Both the position numbers and the translations under genes were made by a program. A stretch of 61,511 bases of DNA, filler included, from Pseudomonadota bacterium (GTDB taxonomy: Bacteria > Desulfobacterota > Desulfobacteria > Desulfobacterales > JBDRRP01): assembly GCA_043825735.1 (NCBI GenBank). It is 4 parts of 4 records of this genome, joined end to end, with 100 filler letters (N's around TTAATTAATTAA, not from the genome) between each part and the next. Parts side by side here need not be neighbours in the genome. Positions count along the whole stretch, not along the records: positions 1 to 16,503 come from JBDRRP010000128.1; positions 16,604 to 39,721 come from JBDRRP010000131.1; 2 more parts are not named here. The stretch is one strand, 5' to 3'. This document shows positions 11,190-20,601 of the stretch, piece after piece (position 1 is the first letter of the stretch; each line of letters begins with the position of its first letter). Under the pieces are notes generated by a model. It saw only the letters and a list, made by a program, of their open reading frames with translations, did not search any database and was not told the origin of the DNA.

Positions 11190-11837
11190 TCAGCTTTGCC
11201 CGACGCTGCCGTCACGCCGCAATGAAACGCCGATCAGAACGGTTCCCGAACCTGTTTCATTTCTTCCCACAAAGTAGCGCTCTTTCAGGAAAAGATCGGT
11301 CGACAGTGCGGGACTGGCATAGATGATGGATTCGTGCGGCAGCGGGGTCTCATCCGAAGCACACCAGTCTGCGGGAAGGGGTGGAATCTCGAATCGGCAG
11401 ATTCTCTTCATGATATCTCTCGGGAAATCGATCCTGTCCTTGTAGACCGCGAAATTTTTGTTCAAAAACCAGACATGGGGCTGCCTTGCCAGGTGCTCGC
11501 CGGTCGCTTTGTCGCGAACCTCCTCGCCAACGACCTCCTCCCCTTTTTTGAGCAGCAAGGCGGGTTTTCGGCCCCAGTCGAAATCCATGCCCGTGAGCGC
11601 CACGAAAACCAGATCTCTTTCAAGCACTTCAACCATGCCGGTGTTGATCACTTCTCCCAGCCCGGACAGGGACTTTTTCCGGGCATCGGCCTCGAAATCG
11701 CGCACGTTTTCGTAGTCTTCGGCCAGCAGGGGACACACGGCGACGATGCCCCGGCTCTTTTGGAAGGCGGCGATCAATAGGACCGATTCATCCCGGCTTT
11801 GAGAATCTGCTCCCGGTTGTTTCATTTTCTTTGGCAC
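11190..11837 (-). CDS. Hypothetical protein in mta cluster
   Basis: 215-aa ORF, co-oriented between the activase and the V4R genes; no motif recognised with certainty. Confidence 0.7.
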   Translation of the reverse strand: MPKKMKQPGADSQSRDESVLLIAAFQKSRGIVAVCPLLAEDYENVRDFEADARKKSLSGLGEVINTGMVEVLERDLVFVALTGMDFDWGRKPALLLKKGEEVVGEEVRDKATGEHLARQPHVWFLNKNFAVYKDRIDFPRDIMKRICRFEIPPLPADWCASDETPLPHESIIYASPALSTDLFLKERYFVGRNETGSGTVLIGVSLRRDGSVGQS

Positions 11838-11917
11838 CTGTGCATGCCGGCGAATCCGTCAAAGGCCTCCACAAGCGGTGCGGCGTCGTACCGGCCGGCA
11901 CTGCAGCACTGGATCAT

Positions 11918-13648
11918 TTACAGGTCCCGTGTGACGGCTGCCGTCCGAGTGACTATGCTCGGGATCTTTTCATCGTCCATGCAGCGCAACAGCCAGCCGA
12001 GCGAGAAACATTTCCGGATGCATGCCGTTTCACACCTGCGGCATCCAACACCGTTGCACCGGGAAAGATCCAGACGGATTGCATACCCTTGTCCCTCCGC
12101 GTCGATCCGGAGCGCTCTTTCGGGGCAGGCTTGAACGCAGGCACCGTCGCCGCCGCACCCGTCGAAAACGGCCCGGTTCACTCGGCCGATATCATGAATG
12201 GCCACCAATCCCCCGGCGCCGGTATCCTGGATATCGCGGTTCACCGTTTTGATCACCAGCGGATCGGCCGATACCGGCGTTTTCGAAGGAAGCCCGAAAC
12301 GATGCATCAACTCACGGTAAAGCGCCATGGGCATGCCTTCGGTCCAATGGGCCAGTTCCAGAAGAAATACTTTCCTGAACACGGTGCAGGATGCAAACAT
12401 GCAGTGATGGCGCCTCAATCGATCGGCGATCCGCTGCAAGTCCCGAATCCGTCCGGGATTACGGACCAGATCGCGGGCCAGGGCCAGGGAGGTGTTTCCC
12501 ACCTGATAGATCCTTTTTACGTTTGCCGGCACCAGGCCCACCGCCTGGGCCTTTCGAGCATCGACGTAAGTGCCGGAAGCCCCGGACATGTAAGCGGTCT
12601 CAATCTCATCGATGCCGACACCGGCCGCCTGGCACAGGCTGATATGGCCGGCGCGGACCGCGCCGATGGCCTTGCCGGCTTCCGCCAGGTCCTTTTGTGT
12701 GAATCGCAGCCCGTCGGGCAATTTGATATCGCCGTCCAAGGTCCGGATTCGCGGAACGCGGATGAACCCGGCCTGTATTCCCTGGCTGACCAGGGCAACC
12801 ACGCCGGTCCCGGTGATGCCCGCCGCTTTGAGCTCGCCCCTGTCGATCACCCGGCCGGTTGCCGGGTCCACGCTGTCTCCAGGCCGCGGCAGCAGGTACC
12901 CATCGAGAACGAAGGTCCGCAGGCGGCCCCTGAGGGGAGCGTCTCCGGCAACTGCGGTCGCCGGCTGGAAATCGTCGGCTTCAAACTCGACATCACAAAT
13001 GGCGCCGGGAAGCGCCAGCAATCCGTTTTCGATATGCTGGCCCTCCAGGGCCGGGCCGGTGGCCGTCGATCCGGTGTAGACGATACCGCCCGCGATCAGC
13101 GCCATCTCCGCATTGGTGCCGTAGTCCGTGGCGATGGCGATTTCATCCTTGTCCAGCATTCCGCTGTGGATCATCAGGGCCAGCGCATCGGCTCCAATTT
13201 CGTGGCGCACCGAAGGCGGTATATAGACTTCCGCCGCCAGTTCGAGGCCCCGGATCCGGTCCGCCTTCAATACCCTGGCGTCCCGGCAGGGAGAAACCAC
13301 CTTCAGAGCGCTCAATTTTCGCTTTCCCGCAAAGGCCAGGTCCCTGATTTCGATACCTTCGAACAAGGAGAGTTGAATGGGATTTCCGCAGACGGCCAGA
13401 CGCTGGATTCGACTCCGGTCAACGTGCAACGCCGCGATGACCCTGTTCACCGCGCCAATGATCAGTGACTGGGCAATGTCCAGGCCCACCTCCAGGGCGA
13501 AGTGCAGATGATCCATGACATTGGCGCCGGGAAGCGGATGACGGGTCGAAACGGATGTGGACAGGATCCGGCCGTCGTTATCAAGCGCGATGGCCTGGGC
13601 CCGGAAGCCGCTGGTACCCAGATCCATGGCCACGCCGAGTCGATCCAT
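11918..13648 (-). CDS. ramA: Corrinoid protein reductive activase, RamA type (ASKHA ATPase plus C-terminal ferredoxin-like domain)
   Basis: DLGTSGFRAQ, HPLPGANVMDHLHFA, TDYGTNAEMAL, GPALEGQ motifs; C-terminal CxxDxxCxxxCP and CxxxxCxxCxxxC; no N-terminal 2Fe-2S domain. Confidence 0.9.
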   Translation of the reverse strand: MDRLGVAMDLGTSGFRAQAIALDNDGRILSTSVSTRHPLPGANVMDHLHFALEVGLDIAQSLIIGAVNRVIAALHVDRSRIQRLAVCGNPIQLSLFEGIEIRDLAFAGKRKLSALKVVSPCRDARVLKADRIRGLELAAEVYIPPSVRHEIGADALALMIHSGMLDKDEIAIATDYGTNAEMALIAGGIVYTGSTATGPALEGQHIENGLLALPGAICDVEFEADDFQPATAVAGDAPLRGRLRTFVLDGYLLPRPGDSVDPATGRVIDRGELKAAGITGTGVVALVSQGIQAGFIRVPRIRTLDGDIKLPDGLRFTQKDLAEAGKAIGAVRAGHISLCQAAGVGIDEIETAYMSGASGTYVDARKAQAVGLVPANVKRIYQVGNTSLALARDLVRNPGRIRDLQRIADRLRRHHCMFASCTVFRKVFLLELAHWTEGMPMALYRELMHRFGLPSKTPVSADPLVIKTVNRDIQDTGAGGLVAIHDIGRVNRAVFDGCGGDGACVQACPERALRIDAEGQGYAIRLDLSRCNGVGCRRCETACIRKCFSLGWLLRCMDDEKIPSIVTRTAAVTRDL

Positions 13649-13729
13649 TCTGATTTGCCCCCCCCCCGGCGAACCCCGTCCGGGCGTCAGAAACCCGCAG
13701 TTTGCGATCCGGCATCGCCGGTTATTCAG

Positions 13730-15106
13730 CTAAAGACCATAGGACGCTGGATTGAACCCTTTGACTTGTCGATACTTATGCAGACACCGATCGATAAAGT
13801 CGCCTTCGTCATCCGGTAGCGATTCCAATTCCACGACGGCCTTCAGCAAGGCTTCTTTCTCATGGGCCGTCAGGCGCATCAGCGGGTCGGAAAGGATGAT
13901 TTCACCAGCCTTGACGGCGGCGATCCGGGCGCAGGCGTAGTCGCCGTTATTCCGGTTGGAGGCAATGACACGTCCGATTTGCCAGGCGTTGTCGGGTGCC
14001 AGAATCAGGCTGTGCGAATCGCGGTACATATCGGAGTTGACGAGGATTTCCTGCATCTGCCGCTGATAGCCCAATTCGATTGCCGAATTGAGCATGGCGC
14101 AATCGTAACCCAGGATTTCGGCGAAAACCGACGGGGTGGTGGCACCGAACATGTCATGGTATTCGACCGCTTCGTTGCTCCACAGGTCGCAGACGGCCAT
14201 CATCAGGTTGCCGCAGAGATCGGAATGCGCACAGGCGCTGGTTTTTCCTTCAGTGGCGATGGGGATCCCGGTGATCGCCTTGATGATGGGGTTTTCATAG
14301 GCGCAGTCCTTGGCAGGCCCGGTGGCCCCGCATTCATAGGCGATCAGCGAGTTGGCGGCCGACATTGCGCGACACAGGGCGGCAATGACATGGGGTACGT
14401 CTTTAGAGATCATGCCGCCGGCCATGAACATGGCCGTGTTTGCCTGGGAACAGTTGGTATCCCCGCCGGCAATACAGCCGTTCCGGCGGGAGATCTCCAC
14501 GATCCGGGTCCACAGCCATTCCATATCCAGGGCACCCAGGACACCGATGGCAAAGAGCAGACCGACGATGTCGTTGCGGATGATGCTGTGGTCGAAGACT
14601 TCCTTGCCGCCCAGAGATTCAATGGAAAGGATGTCGGCGTACTTGGCGCATTCATCAAAGGCTTCCAGAACCTTGGCAGTGGCATCGCTTTCTCTCAGGT
14701 GGTACATGTCGGGTTTTCGCAGGTCGGCCACTGTCGCCCGGTAAGATGACTTCAATCCGTATCGGCGATGATGGTCATCCATCTGCCGGCCGGCTTGAGA
14801 CGCAATCTCGGCACCCCATTTGGGATTGTTGGTCATCTGATAGATGTGCTCGTTTTCGATCTGCACTGCGGGATGTCCGATGATGACCATGCGTTCCAGG
14901 ATGTCACCGTTGGCTCTTTCATATTCACGCATTAGCGTCCGCAACGTCTTCTCACTGCCCGGCCGGGGATGAGGCTTGACCTCCGGATGCACGTGCCCGC
15001 CGCCAATCACTAGGCCACGTTTGGTGGAGACAGGTTTTCTGGCGGTGCCGAAGACCAACTCGGCGCTGCTGCCATAGGCCATTTCGGTTATCTTGAGCCG
15101 TTTCAT
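13730..15106 (-). CDS. mtaB: Methanol:corrinoid methyltransferase (MT1)
   Basis: MAY...LVFG...GLVIGGG N-terminus, SIESLGGKEVFD, GGDTNCSQANTAMF, GPAKDCAYE, EGKTSACAHSD, DLWSNE; start placed at ATG 15106 after GAGGGAAGG. Confidence 0.93.
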   Translation of the reverse strand: MKRLKITEMAYGSSAELVFGTARKPVSTKRGLVIGGGHVHPEVKPHPRPGSEKTLRTLMREYERANGDILERMVIIGHPAVQIENEHIYQMTNNPKWGAEIASQAGRQMDDHHRRYGLKSSYRATVADLRKPDMYHLRESDATAKVLEAFDECAKYADILSIESLGGKEVFDHSIIRNDIVGLLFAIGVLGALDMEWLWTRIVEISRRNGCIAGGDTNCSQANTAMFMAGGMISKDVPHVIAALCRAMSAANSLIAYECGATGPAKDCAYENPIIKAITGIPIATEGKTSACAHSDLCGNLMMAVCDLWSNEAVEYHDMFGATTPSVFAEILGYDCAMLNSAIELGYQRQMQEILVNSDMYRDSHSLILAPDNAWQIGRVIASNRNNGDYACARIAAVKAGEIILSDPLMRLTAHEKEALLKAVVELESLPDDEGDFIDRCLHKYRQVKGFNPASYGL

Positions 15107-15155
15107 ATCGCCTTCCCTCATTGCCGATGGCCGGTGGATTTGACCGGCGTTCCCA

Positions 15156-15902
15156 TCACCCATTCCATTTGGTGCGCATGGCCTGCCAGGTTTCCCCCGA
15201 AGCGGCATCGTCGGCCATACCAGTTGCCTGGCCAGCCTCCTTGCCATAAATCCCCAGATCGAAACCGGTCACATACTCTTCGTTCACCGCTCCTCCGCCG
15301 CAGGCAAATGGGATGATGAGACCGGCCTGTTTGAGTTGATGGGCGATCCTGGGGAAAGCCGTCATGGTGGTCGTCATCAGCGCGGTGCCCGTGACCATGA
15401 CCGGGTTGTGCTCCTTGCAGGCCGCCACCACTGTTTCGACCGGGACATCGGCGCCCAGATTGATGACTTCATAGCCGTTGGCATTGAGCAGTGCATTGAC
15501 GATAACCTGCCCGATGTCATGGATATCGCCTTCGGCGGTATGCGTTACCACTTTGGCCTTGCGAGCCATGGCCTTGCCCAATTTCCTTTCACATTCGGCG
15601 ATTCCGGCGGACATGGCGTCCGAGGAGAGGATGACCTGCGGCAGGAAATATACCCCTTCCTCCCAGAGGCGGCTTACCTCGTTCATCCCCGGAATCAGTG
15701 CGTTGTTGATGACTTCCATAGGAGGGCTGGTTTCAAGTGCCCTGATCACCGCCGGGACGATCCCGTCCGGGTCCCCTTCCACGACAAACCTCGCGATTTC
15801 TTGCAAGACGGGGTCATCGGAGACCTGCTTGGGCTTTCCAGTCTTTTCCAGGGCAAGGTCATAGCGTCGGAAAATATGAGAGAAATCGTTCAAAACGATC
15901 AC
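15156..15902 (-). CDS. mtaC: Methanol-specific corrinoid protein
   Basis: B12-binding motif EGDIHDIG, GTALMTTTM, CGGGAVN; AAGGAGG RBS before GTG; directly upstream of mtaB. Confidence 0.92.
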   Translation of the reverse strand: MIVLNDFSHIFRRYDLALEKTGKPKQVSDDPVLQEIARFVVEGDPDGIVPAVIRALETSPPMEVINNALIPGMNEVSRLWEEGVYFLPQVILSSDAMSAGIAECERKLGKAMARKAKVVTHTAEGDIHDIGQVIVNALLNANGYEVINLGADVPVETVVAACKEHNPVMVTGTALMTTTMTAFPRIAHQLKQAGLIIPFACGGGAVNEEYVTGFDLGIYGKEAGQATGMADDAASGETWQAMRTKWNG

Positions 15903-16294
15903 GTCATCCTCCTTTCCGAAAGGGTGTCGGTAACAAATCCGCCCACCGATGGGGGGCTTTTAAAAGACGGTGCTGGTGAGGAGTCGATCTTGTGACCGGA
16001 TTGCCCAACGCCCCGGCTTTTGAAGGTACCCGGTTCGCCGGTCACCCCGGTCACGGCCGGGGCTTGATGCGATATTGGGGCTCGAATGATCAAACGATAT
16101 CGTTGATCCGCACTTCAATCTGAATTCAACGTCTTGATACTATGCAATCGAAAAAACCAACGGCGGATTGTCAATTCGCTAAAGAATTGACCAGAAAACC
16201 ACGAATGAAAACAGCAATGATTGTATGCAACTGATGTATAGAAGACAATAACCGACATCTGAATTTCGCTCAAGGAAAATTGGATAATGGGTCA

Positions 16295-16400
16295 GGGTCG
16301 GACAAAGCTATCCGATTGTCATTCCTACAAAAATCTCGAAAACATCCCCTCAAAATTGCCTTAAAACTTACATTTCGCATGTTTCAAAAATAGTTTTCCC
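16295..16400 (+). repeat. Dispersed ~100-bp repeat family B (copy on contig 1)
   Basis: GGGTCGGACAAAGCTATCCG...CGAAAACATCCCCTCAAAATTGCCTTAAAAC matches copies at 29429, 30274 and 37823. Confidence 0.8.
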
Positions 16401-16503
16401 CAATCAGCGAAAAATATTATTTAAATCAGCTATGTAGCTCTAAATTGCCACCAGCGACTATTGAGCATTTTGTACACAACCTCTGGAACTTCAAGAAGCC
16501 TAT

Positions 16504-16603
16504 NNNNNNNNNNNNNNNNNNNNNNNNNNNNNNNNNNNNNNNNNNNNTTAATTAATTAANNNNNNNNNNNNNNNNNNNNNNNNNNNNNNNNNNNNNNNNN
16601 NNN
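16504..16603. other. Artificial contig linker
   Basis: N44-TTAATTAATTAA-N44. Confidence 0.99.
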
Positions 16604-16783
16604 AGACGAACAGCCCGAGGACTTGTCCGCCTTCGGCGGATTTCGAAAAGCGCGGGCCAGCCCAGCGAGCGACTGCGAGCGAATCGGAAATGCCCTAAGT
16701 CCTTACTGGTAAGCCCCCGTAGTTCTCAGGGGGCTTAAAAACGCCGCTCTGGGCCAAAAGATGCCGTTTGTGGACGGGCACTT
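16604..16783. mobile_element. Right part of a MITE-like element at contig start
   Basis: Ends in GTGGACGGGCACT, resembling the terminal inverted repeat of the element at 23271-23430; contains REP-like TCCGCCTTCGGCGGA and a hairpin. Confidence 0.45.
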
Positions 16784-16796
16784 ACTAACGATTGGC

Positions 16797-17843
16797 TCAA
16801 TCCATCCACTCGAAATGACCATGGCCTTTTTTGGGCTCGGCGATGTCGCCGATCACCCAGGCGGTTTCCTGGAGGCCGCCGAGGAAATCGATCACTTCCT
16901 GGGTGGATTTTTCCGGCACCACCAGCACCATGCCGACACCGCAGTTGAAGGTGCGCATCATTTCCTTTTCCGCAACGCCGCCGGCTTCCTGAAGAAAACT
17001 GAAAATCGGCGGGATCTCCCAGCTGCCGCGGCGCACCCGCACGGTGCAGGCGTCGGGCACCACCCGGATCACATTCTCGGGAAGGCCGCCACCGGTGATG
17101 TGGGCGATGCCGTGCACCGGAAAGTCCCGGGTGAGGTGGCGAATGGTCTCGGCATAAATGCGGGTCGGGGTGAGCAGCTCTTCGCCCAATGTCTTTCCCA
17201 GAGCGTCCACGTGATCGGTGACCGAAAGCCCCAGAACGTCAAAACAGATCTTGCGGGCCAGGGAGAACCCGTTGCTGTGAATGCCGCTGCTGGCGATGCC
17301 CACCAGTTGGTGGCCCACCTGGATGCCGGTGCCGTCGATAATCTCGCTGTTGTCGACGATGCCCACGGTAAAACCGGCCAGGTCATACTCGTTTTCGGCA
17401 TAAAACCCCGGCATTTCAGCCGTCTCCCCGCCGATGAGGGCGCATTTGGCCTGCCGACAGCCTTCGCCGATGCCGCCGATAATGGCCGCGGCCGTGTCGG
17501 TCTCGAGATGGCCGGTGGCCATATAGTCCAGAAAAAACAGCGGTTTTGCCCCCTGAACGATGATGTCGTTGACGCACATGGCCACCAGGTCGATGCCCAC
17601 GGTATCGTGCTTGTTCATCAGGAAGGCGATTTTCAACTTGGTGCCGACCCCGTCGGTAGAGCTCACCAGCACGGGCTGGCGCATCCCCTCCAGGTTGAGG
17701 GAAAACATCGCGCCGAATCCGCCGATGTCTCCCATGACGCCGGGACGACGGGTTGTGCCCGCAATTTTTTTGATCTGTTTCACCAGGTCGTTGGCTTTGT
17801 CGATGTCGACGCCGGCATCGGCATAGGTCAGGTTCTTGCTCAT
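16797..17843 (-). CDS. purM: Phosphoribosylformylglycinamidine cyclo-ligase
   Basis: LTYADAGVDI, STDGVGTKL, GGETAEMPG, SSGIHSNG, AHITGGG, RTFNCG; ATG at 17843 after AGGAGG. Confidence 0.97.
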   Translation of the reverse strand: MSKNLTYADAGVDIDKANDLVKQIKKIAGTTRRPGVMGDIGGFGAMFSLNLEGMRQPVLVSSTDGVGTKLKIAFLMNKHDTVGIDLVAMCVNDIIVQGAKPLFFLDYMATGHLETDTAAAIIGGIGEGCRQAKCALIGGETAEMPGFYAENEYDLAGFTVGIVDNSEIIDGTGIQVGHQLVGIASSGIHSNGFSLARKICFDVLGLSVTDHVDALGKTLGEELLTPTRIYAETIRHLTRDFPVHGIAHITGGGLPENVIRVVPDACTVRVRRGSWEIPPIFSFLQEAGGVAEKEMMRTFNCGVGMVLVVPEKSTQEVIDFLGGLQETAWVIGDIAEPKKGHGHFEWMD

Positions 17844-18037
17844 GTCATCCTCCTGAAAAGACAAGCCCCTCCCCGCGAAGAGCATCCGATCAGCGGGCCG
17901 GGGCAAAAGGGCGTTTGGCTGTTCGCACCAAGTAAATCCGGAAGCCCCTAATAAGTCAAAACAAATTTTTTGACAACCCCTGTCATGTAGTGTAATCAGG
18001 CGATAATTTTACCTTTACGTGATATTTGAGGTGCCAT

Positions 18038-19204
18038 ATGACCCGCTTTGCCCGCCTGGATCGCCTGCCTCCCTACGTGTTTGCAACGGTCAACGCGCTC
18101 AAGATGGAAGCCCGCCGGGCCGGTGACGACATCATCGATCTAGGCATGGGCAACCCGGACATCGGCACCCCGCAGCATATTGTCGACAAAATGACCGCGG
18201 CCGCCCAGAAGGCACACAACCACCGCTACTCGGCCTCCATGGGCATCACCCGGCTTCGAAAGGCCATCGCCACCTGGTACCGGCAGCGCTTCGATGTAGA
18301 CATCGATCCGGACCGGGAAGCGGTCGTGACGATCGGCGTCAAGGAAGGCATGAGTCACCTGGTGCTGGTGACCATAAGACCCGGAGACGTGGTGTTCGCC
18401 CCCACCCCCACCTACCCCATCCACCCGTTTTCGGCCATCATCGCCGGCGGCGACGTGCGAGGCATTCCCGTCGGGCCGGGCAACGATTTCTTTGAGAACC
18501 TGATGAGCGCCACGCGCCAGACCTGGCCGCGTCCGAAGCTGCTCATCATCAGCTATCCCCACAACCCCACCACCGAAGTGGTGGATCTGCCATTCTTTGA
18601 AAAGATCGTGGACTGGGCCAAGGAACACGACATCATGATCATCCACGATTTCGCCTATGCCGATCTCACCTTCGACGGCTACACGGCGCCGAGTTTTCTC
18701 CAGGCCAAAGGAGCCAAGGACGTGGGGGTCGAGTTCTTCTCGCTGAGCAAGAGCTACAGCATGCCCGGGTGGCGGGTGGGATTTTGCGTGGGCAACCCTG
18801 AGATCATCGCCGCCCTCAAACGCATCAAGAGCTATCTGGACTACGGCATTTTCCAGCCCATCCAGATCGCCTCCATCATCGCCCTGGAAAGCGACCAGCA
18901 GTGCGTGCGCGACATCTGCGACACCTACCGGGACCGGCGCGACGCCCTGGTCACCGGACTGGCCCGGGCCGGCTGGGACATCCCCAACCCCAAGGGAACC
19001 ATGTTCGTGTGGGGCCGAATCCCAGAGGCCTACCGGGCGATGGGCTCGGTGGAGTTTTCCAAGATGCTGGTCAAAGAGGCCAAGGTGGCCGTATCGCCCG
19101 GCATCGGATTCGGGGAGTACGGGGACGAATATGTCCGCTTTGCCCTCATCGAGAACAACATGCGGATCAACCAGGCCATCCGAGGCATTCGAAAGGTCCT
19201 GTAA
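18038..19204 (+). CDS. alaC: PLP-dependent class I aminotransferase (AlaC/YfdZ type)
   Basis: [43 protein letters not shown]; upstream of hom. Confidence 0.85.
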   Translation: MTRFARLDRLPPYVFATVNALKMEARRAGDDIIDLGMGNPDIGTPQHIVDKMTAAAQKAHNHRYSASMGITRLRKAIATWYRQRFDVDIDPDREAVVTIGVKEGMSHLVLVTIRPGDVVFAPTPTYPIHPFSAIIAGGDVRGIPVGPGNDFFENLMSATRQTWPRPKLLIISYPHNPTTEVVDLPFFEKIVDWAKEHDIMIIHDFAYADLTFDGYTAPSFLQAKGAKDVGVEFFSLSKSYSMPGWRVGFCVGNPEIIAALKRIKSYLDYGIFQPIQIASIIALESDQQCVRDICDTYRDRRDALVTGLARAGWDIPNPKGTMFVWGRIPEAYRAMGSVEFSKMLVKEAKVAVSPGIGFGEYGDEYVRFALIENNMRINQAIRGIRKVL

Positions 19205-19219
19205 CGGAGAACGTTTGAC

Positions 19220-20536
19220 ATGAAAACCATTTCCATCGGGCTGCTGGGCTGCGGAACGGTGGGCACCGGCGTGGCCCGGCTGCTGCTGAACAACCGAGAC
19301 GTCATCACCGCCCGCGTCGGTGCCAACCTGCACCTCAAACACGTGGCCGACCTGGACGATCAGACCGACCGCGGCATCGTCTTCGATGACGGCGTGTTCG
19401 TCACCGATGCCATGAAAGTGATCGACGACCCTGAAATCGACATCATCGTGGAGATGATCGGCGGCGAGACCTTTGCGCGCGAGGCGATCATCAGGGCCAT
19501 GAAAAACGGCAAGCACGTGGTCACTGCCAACAAGGCGCTGCTGGCCAAGCACGGCAACGCCCTGATCCAGGTGGCCCGCGAGCACCACGTCGATCTGGCC
19601 TATGAGGCCAGCGTGGGCGGGTGCATGCCCATTATCAAAACCCTCAGGGAGTCTTTGGTCGGCAACCGCATCCGCGCCATGAGCGGCATTCTCAACGGTA
19701 CCTGCAACTACATCCTGAGCAAAATCACCGACGAAGGCGGCGAATTTGCCGCCGTGCTTGCCGAAGCACAGGCCAAGGGCTATGCCGAAGCCGACCCCAC
19801 CCTGGATGTCGGCGGTTTCGATACGGCCCACAAACTGGCCATCATCACCGCCCTGGCCTACGGCATGGAAATCAACTACGACGACATCTTCATCGAGGGG
19901 ATATCGCGCATCACGCCCATGGACATCGCCTTTGCCGAACAGTTCGGCTACCGGATCAAGCTGCTGGCCATCGGCAAGTTCATCGGCGGTGCGGTAGAGG
20001 CGCGGGTGCATCCCACGATGATCCCCTTCGACAGCCAGCTGTCCAAGGTGGGCGGCACCCTCAACGCCATCACCGTCACCGGAGACGCCGTGGGCGAGGT
20101 GATGCTCACCGGCCACGGGGCGGGCATGATGCCCACGGCCAGCGCCGTGGTGGGCGACATCGCCGATCTGGCCCGAAACCTCCTCACCGGTGGCAGCCGG
20201 CGCATTCCCATCCTCTCCTATCAGCCGGATCGGATCGAGCGCCTTCCGGTGGCGCCCATCGACGCCTTGCGCACCCATTACTACATCCGGTTTTCGGCCA
20301 TGGACCAGCCCGGCGTGCTGTCCAAAATCGCCGGCGTGCTGGGCGCCAACCAGATCAGCATCAAATCGGTGCACCAGAAAGGGCGCCAGGTCGGCGAGGG
20401 AGTGCCTATCGTCATGATGACCCACCACGCCCTGGAAGCGGATGTGAAAAACGCGCTCACGGAAATAACGGCCCTGGATGTGGTCACCGACGCGCCCATG
20501 CTCATCCGCATCGAAGACGAAAACGGCGAAGACTGA
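19220..20536 (+). CDS. hom: Homoserine dehydrogenase with ACT domain
   Basis: GCGTVG, VTANK, EASVGG, GILNGTCNYIL, GYAEADPT, C-terminal DQPGVL ACT domain. Confidence 0.97.
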   Translation: MKTISIGLLGCGTVGTGVARLLLNNRDVITARVGANLHLKHVADLDDQTDRGIVFDDGVFVTDAMKVIDDPEIDIIVEMIGGETFAREAIIRAMKNGKHVVTANKALLAKHGNALIQVAREHHVDLAYEASVGGCMPIIKTLRESLVGNRIRAMSGILNGTCNYILSKITDEGGEFAAVLAEAQAKGYAEADPTLDVGGFDTAHKLAIITALAYGMEINYDDIFIEGISRITPMDIAFAEQFGYRIKLLAIGKFIGGAVEARVHPTMIPFDSQLSKVGGTLNAITVTGDAVGEVMLTGHGAGMMPTASAVVGDIADLARNLLTGGSRRIPILSYQPDRIERLPVAPIDALRTHYYIRFSAMDQPGVLSKIAGVLGANQISIKSVHQKGRQVGEGVPIVMMTHHALEADVKNALTEITALDVVTDAPMLIRIEDENGED

Positions 20537-20601
20537 CGCAGCAAACAGGCCGGCACACCGCCGCAGCCACCACCCCGCCGACGCAGCGACGAGGAGATGG
20601 A

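Noticed and set aside
15903..16100. Cobalamin riboswitch upstream of mtaC
   Set aside because: Hairpins are present but I found no B12-box (GCCACTG...GGGAAG) on the coding strand.
16504..16603. TTAATTAATTAA flanked by N runs (also 39722 and 57900)
   Set aside because: Identical synthetic contig spacer with stops in all frames; not biological, and no linkage across it was assumed.
18140..20428. Long antisense ORFs (also 8185-9918 and 11831-13468)
   Set aside because: Shadow frames of GC3-rich genuine genes with no recognisable motifs.
19621..20601. Apparent 528-aa fusion ending in ThrH
   Set aside because: The N-terminal part is an alternative frame over hom; thrH has its own RBS and ATG at 20602.
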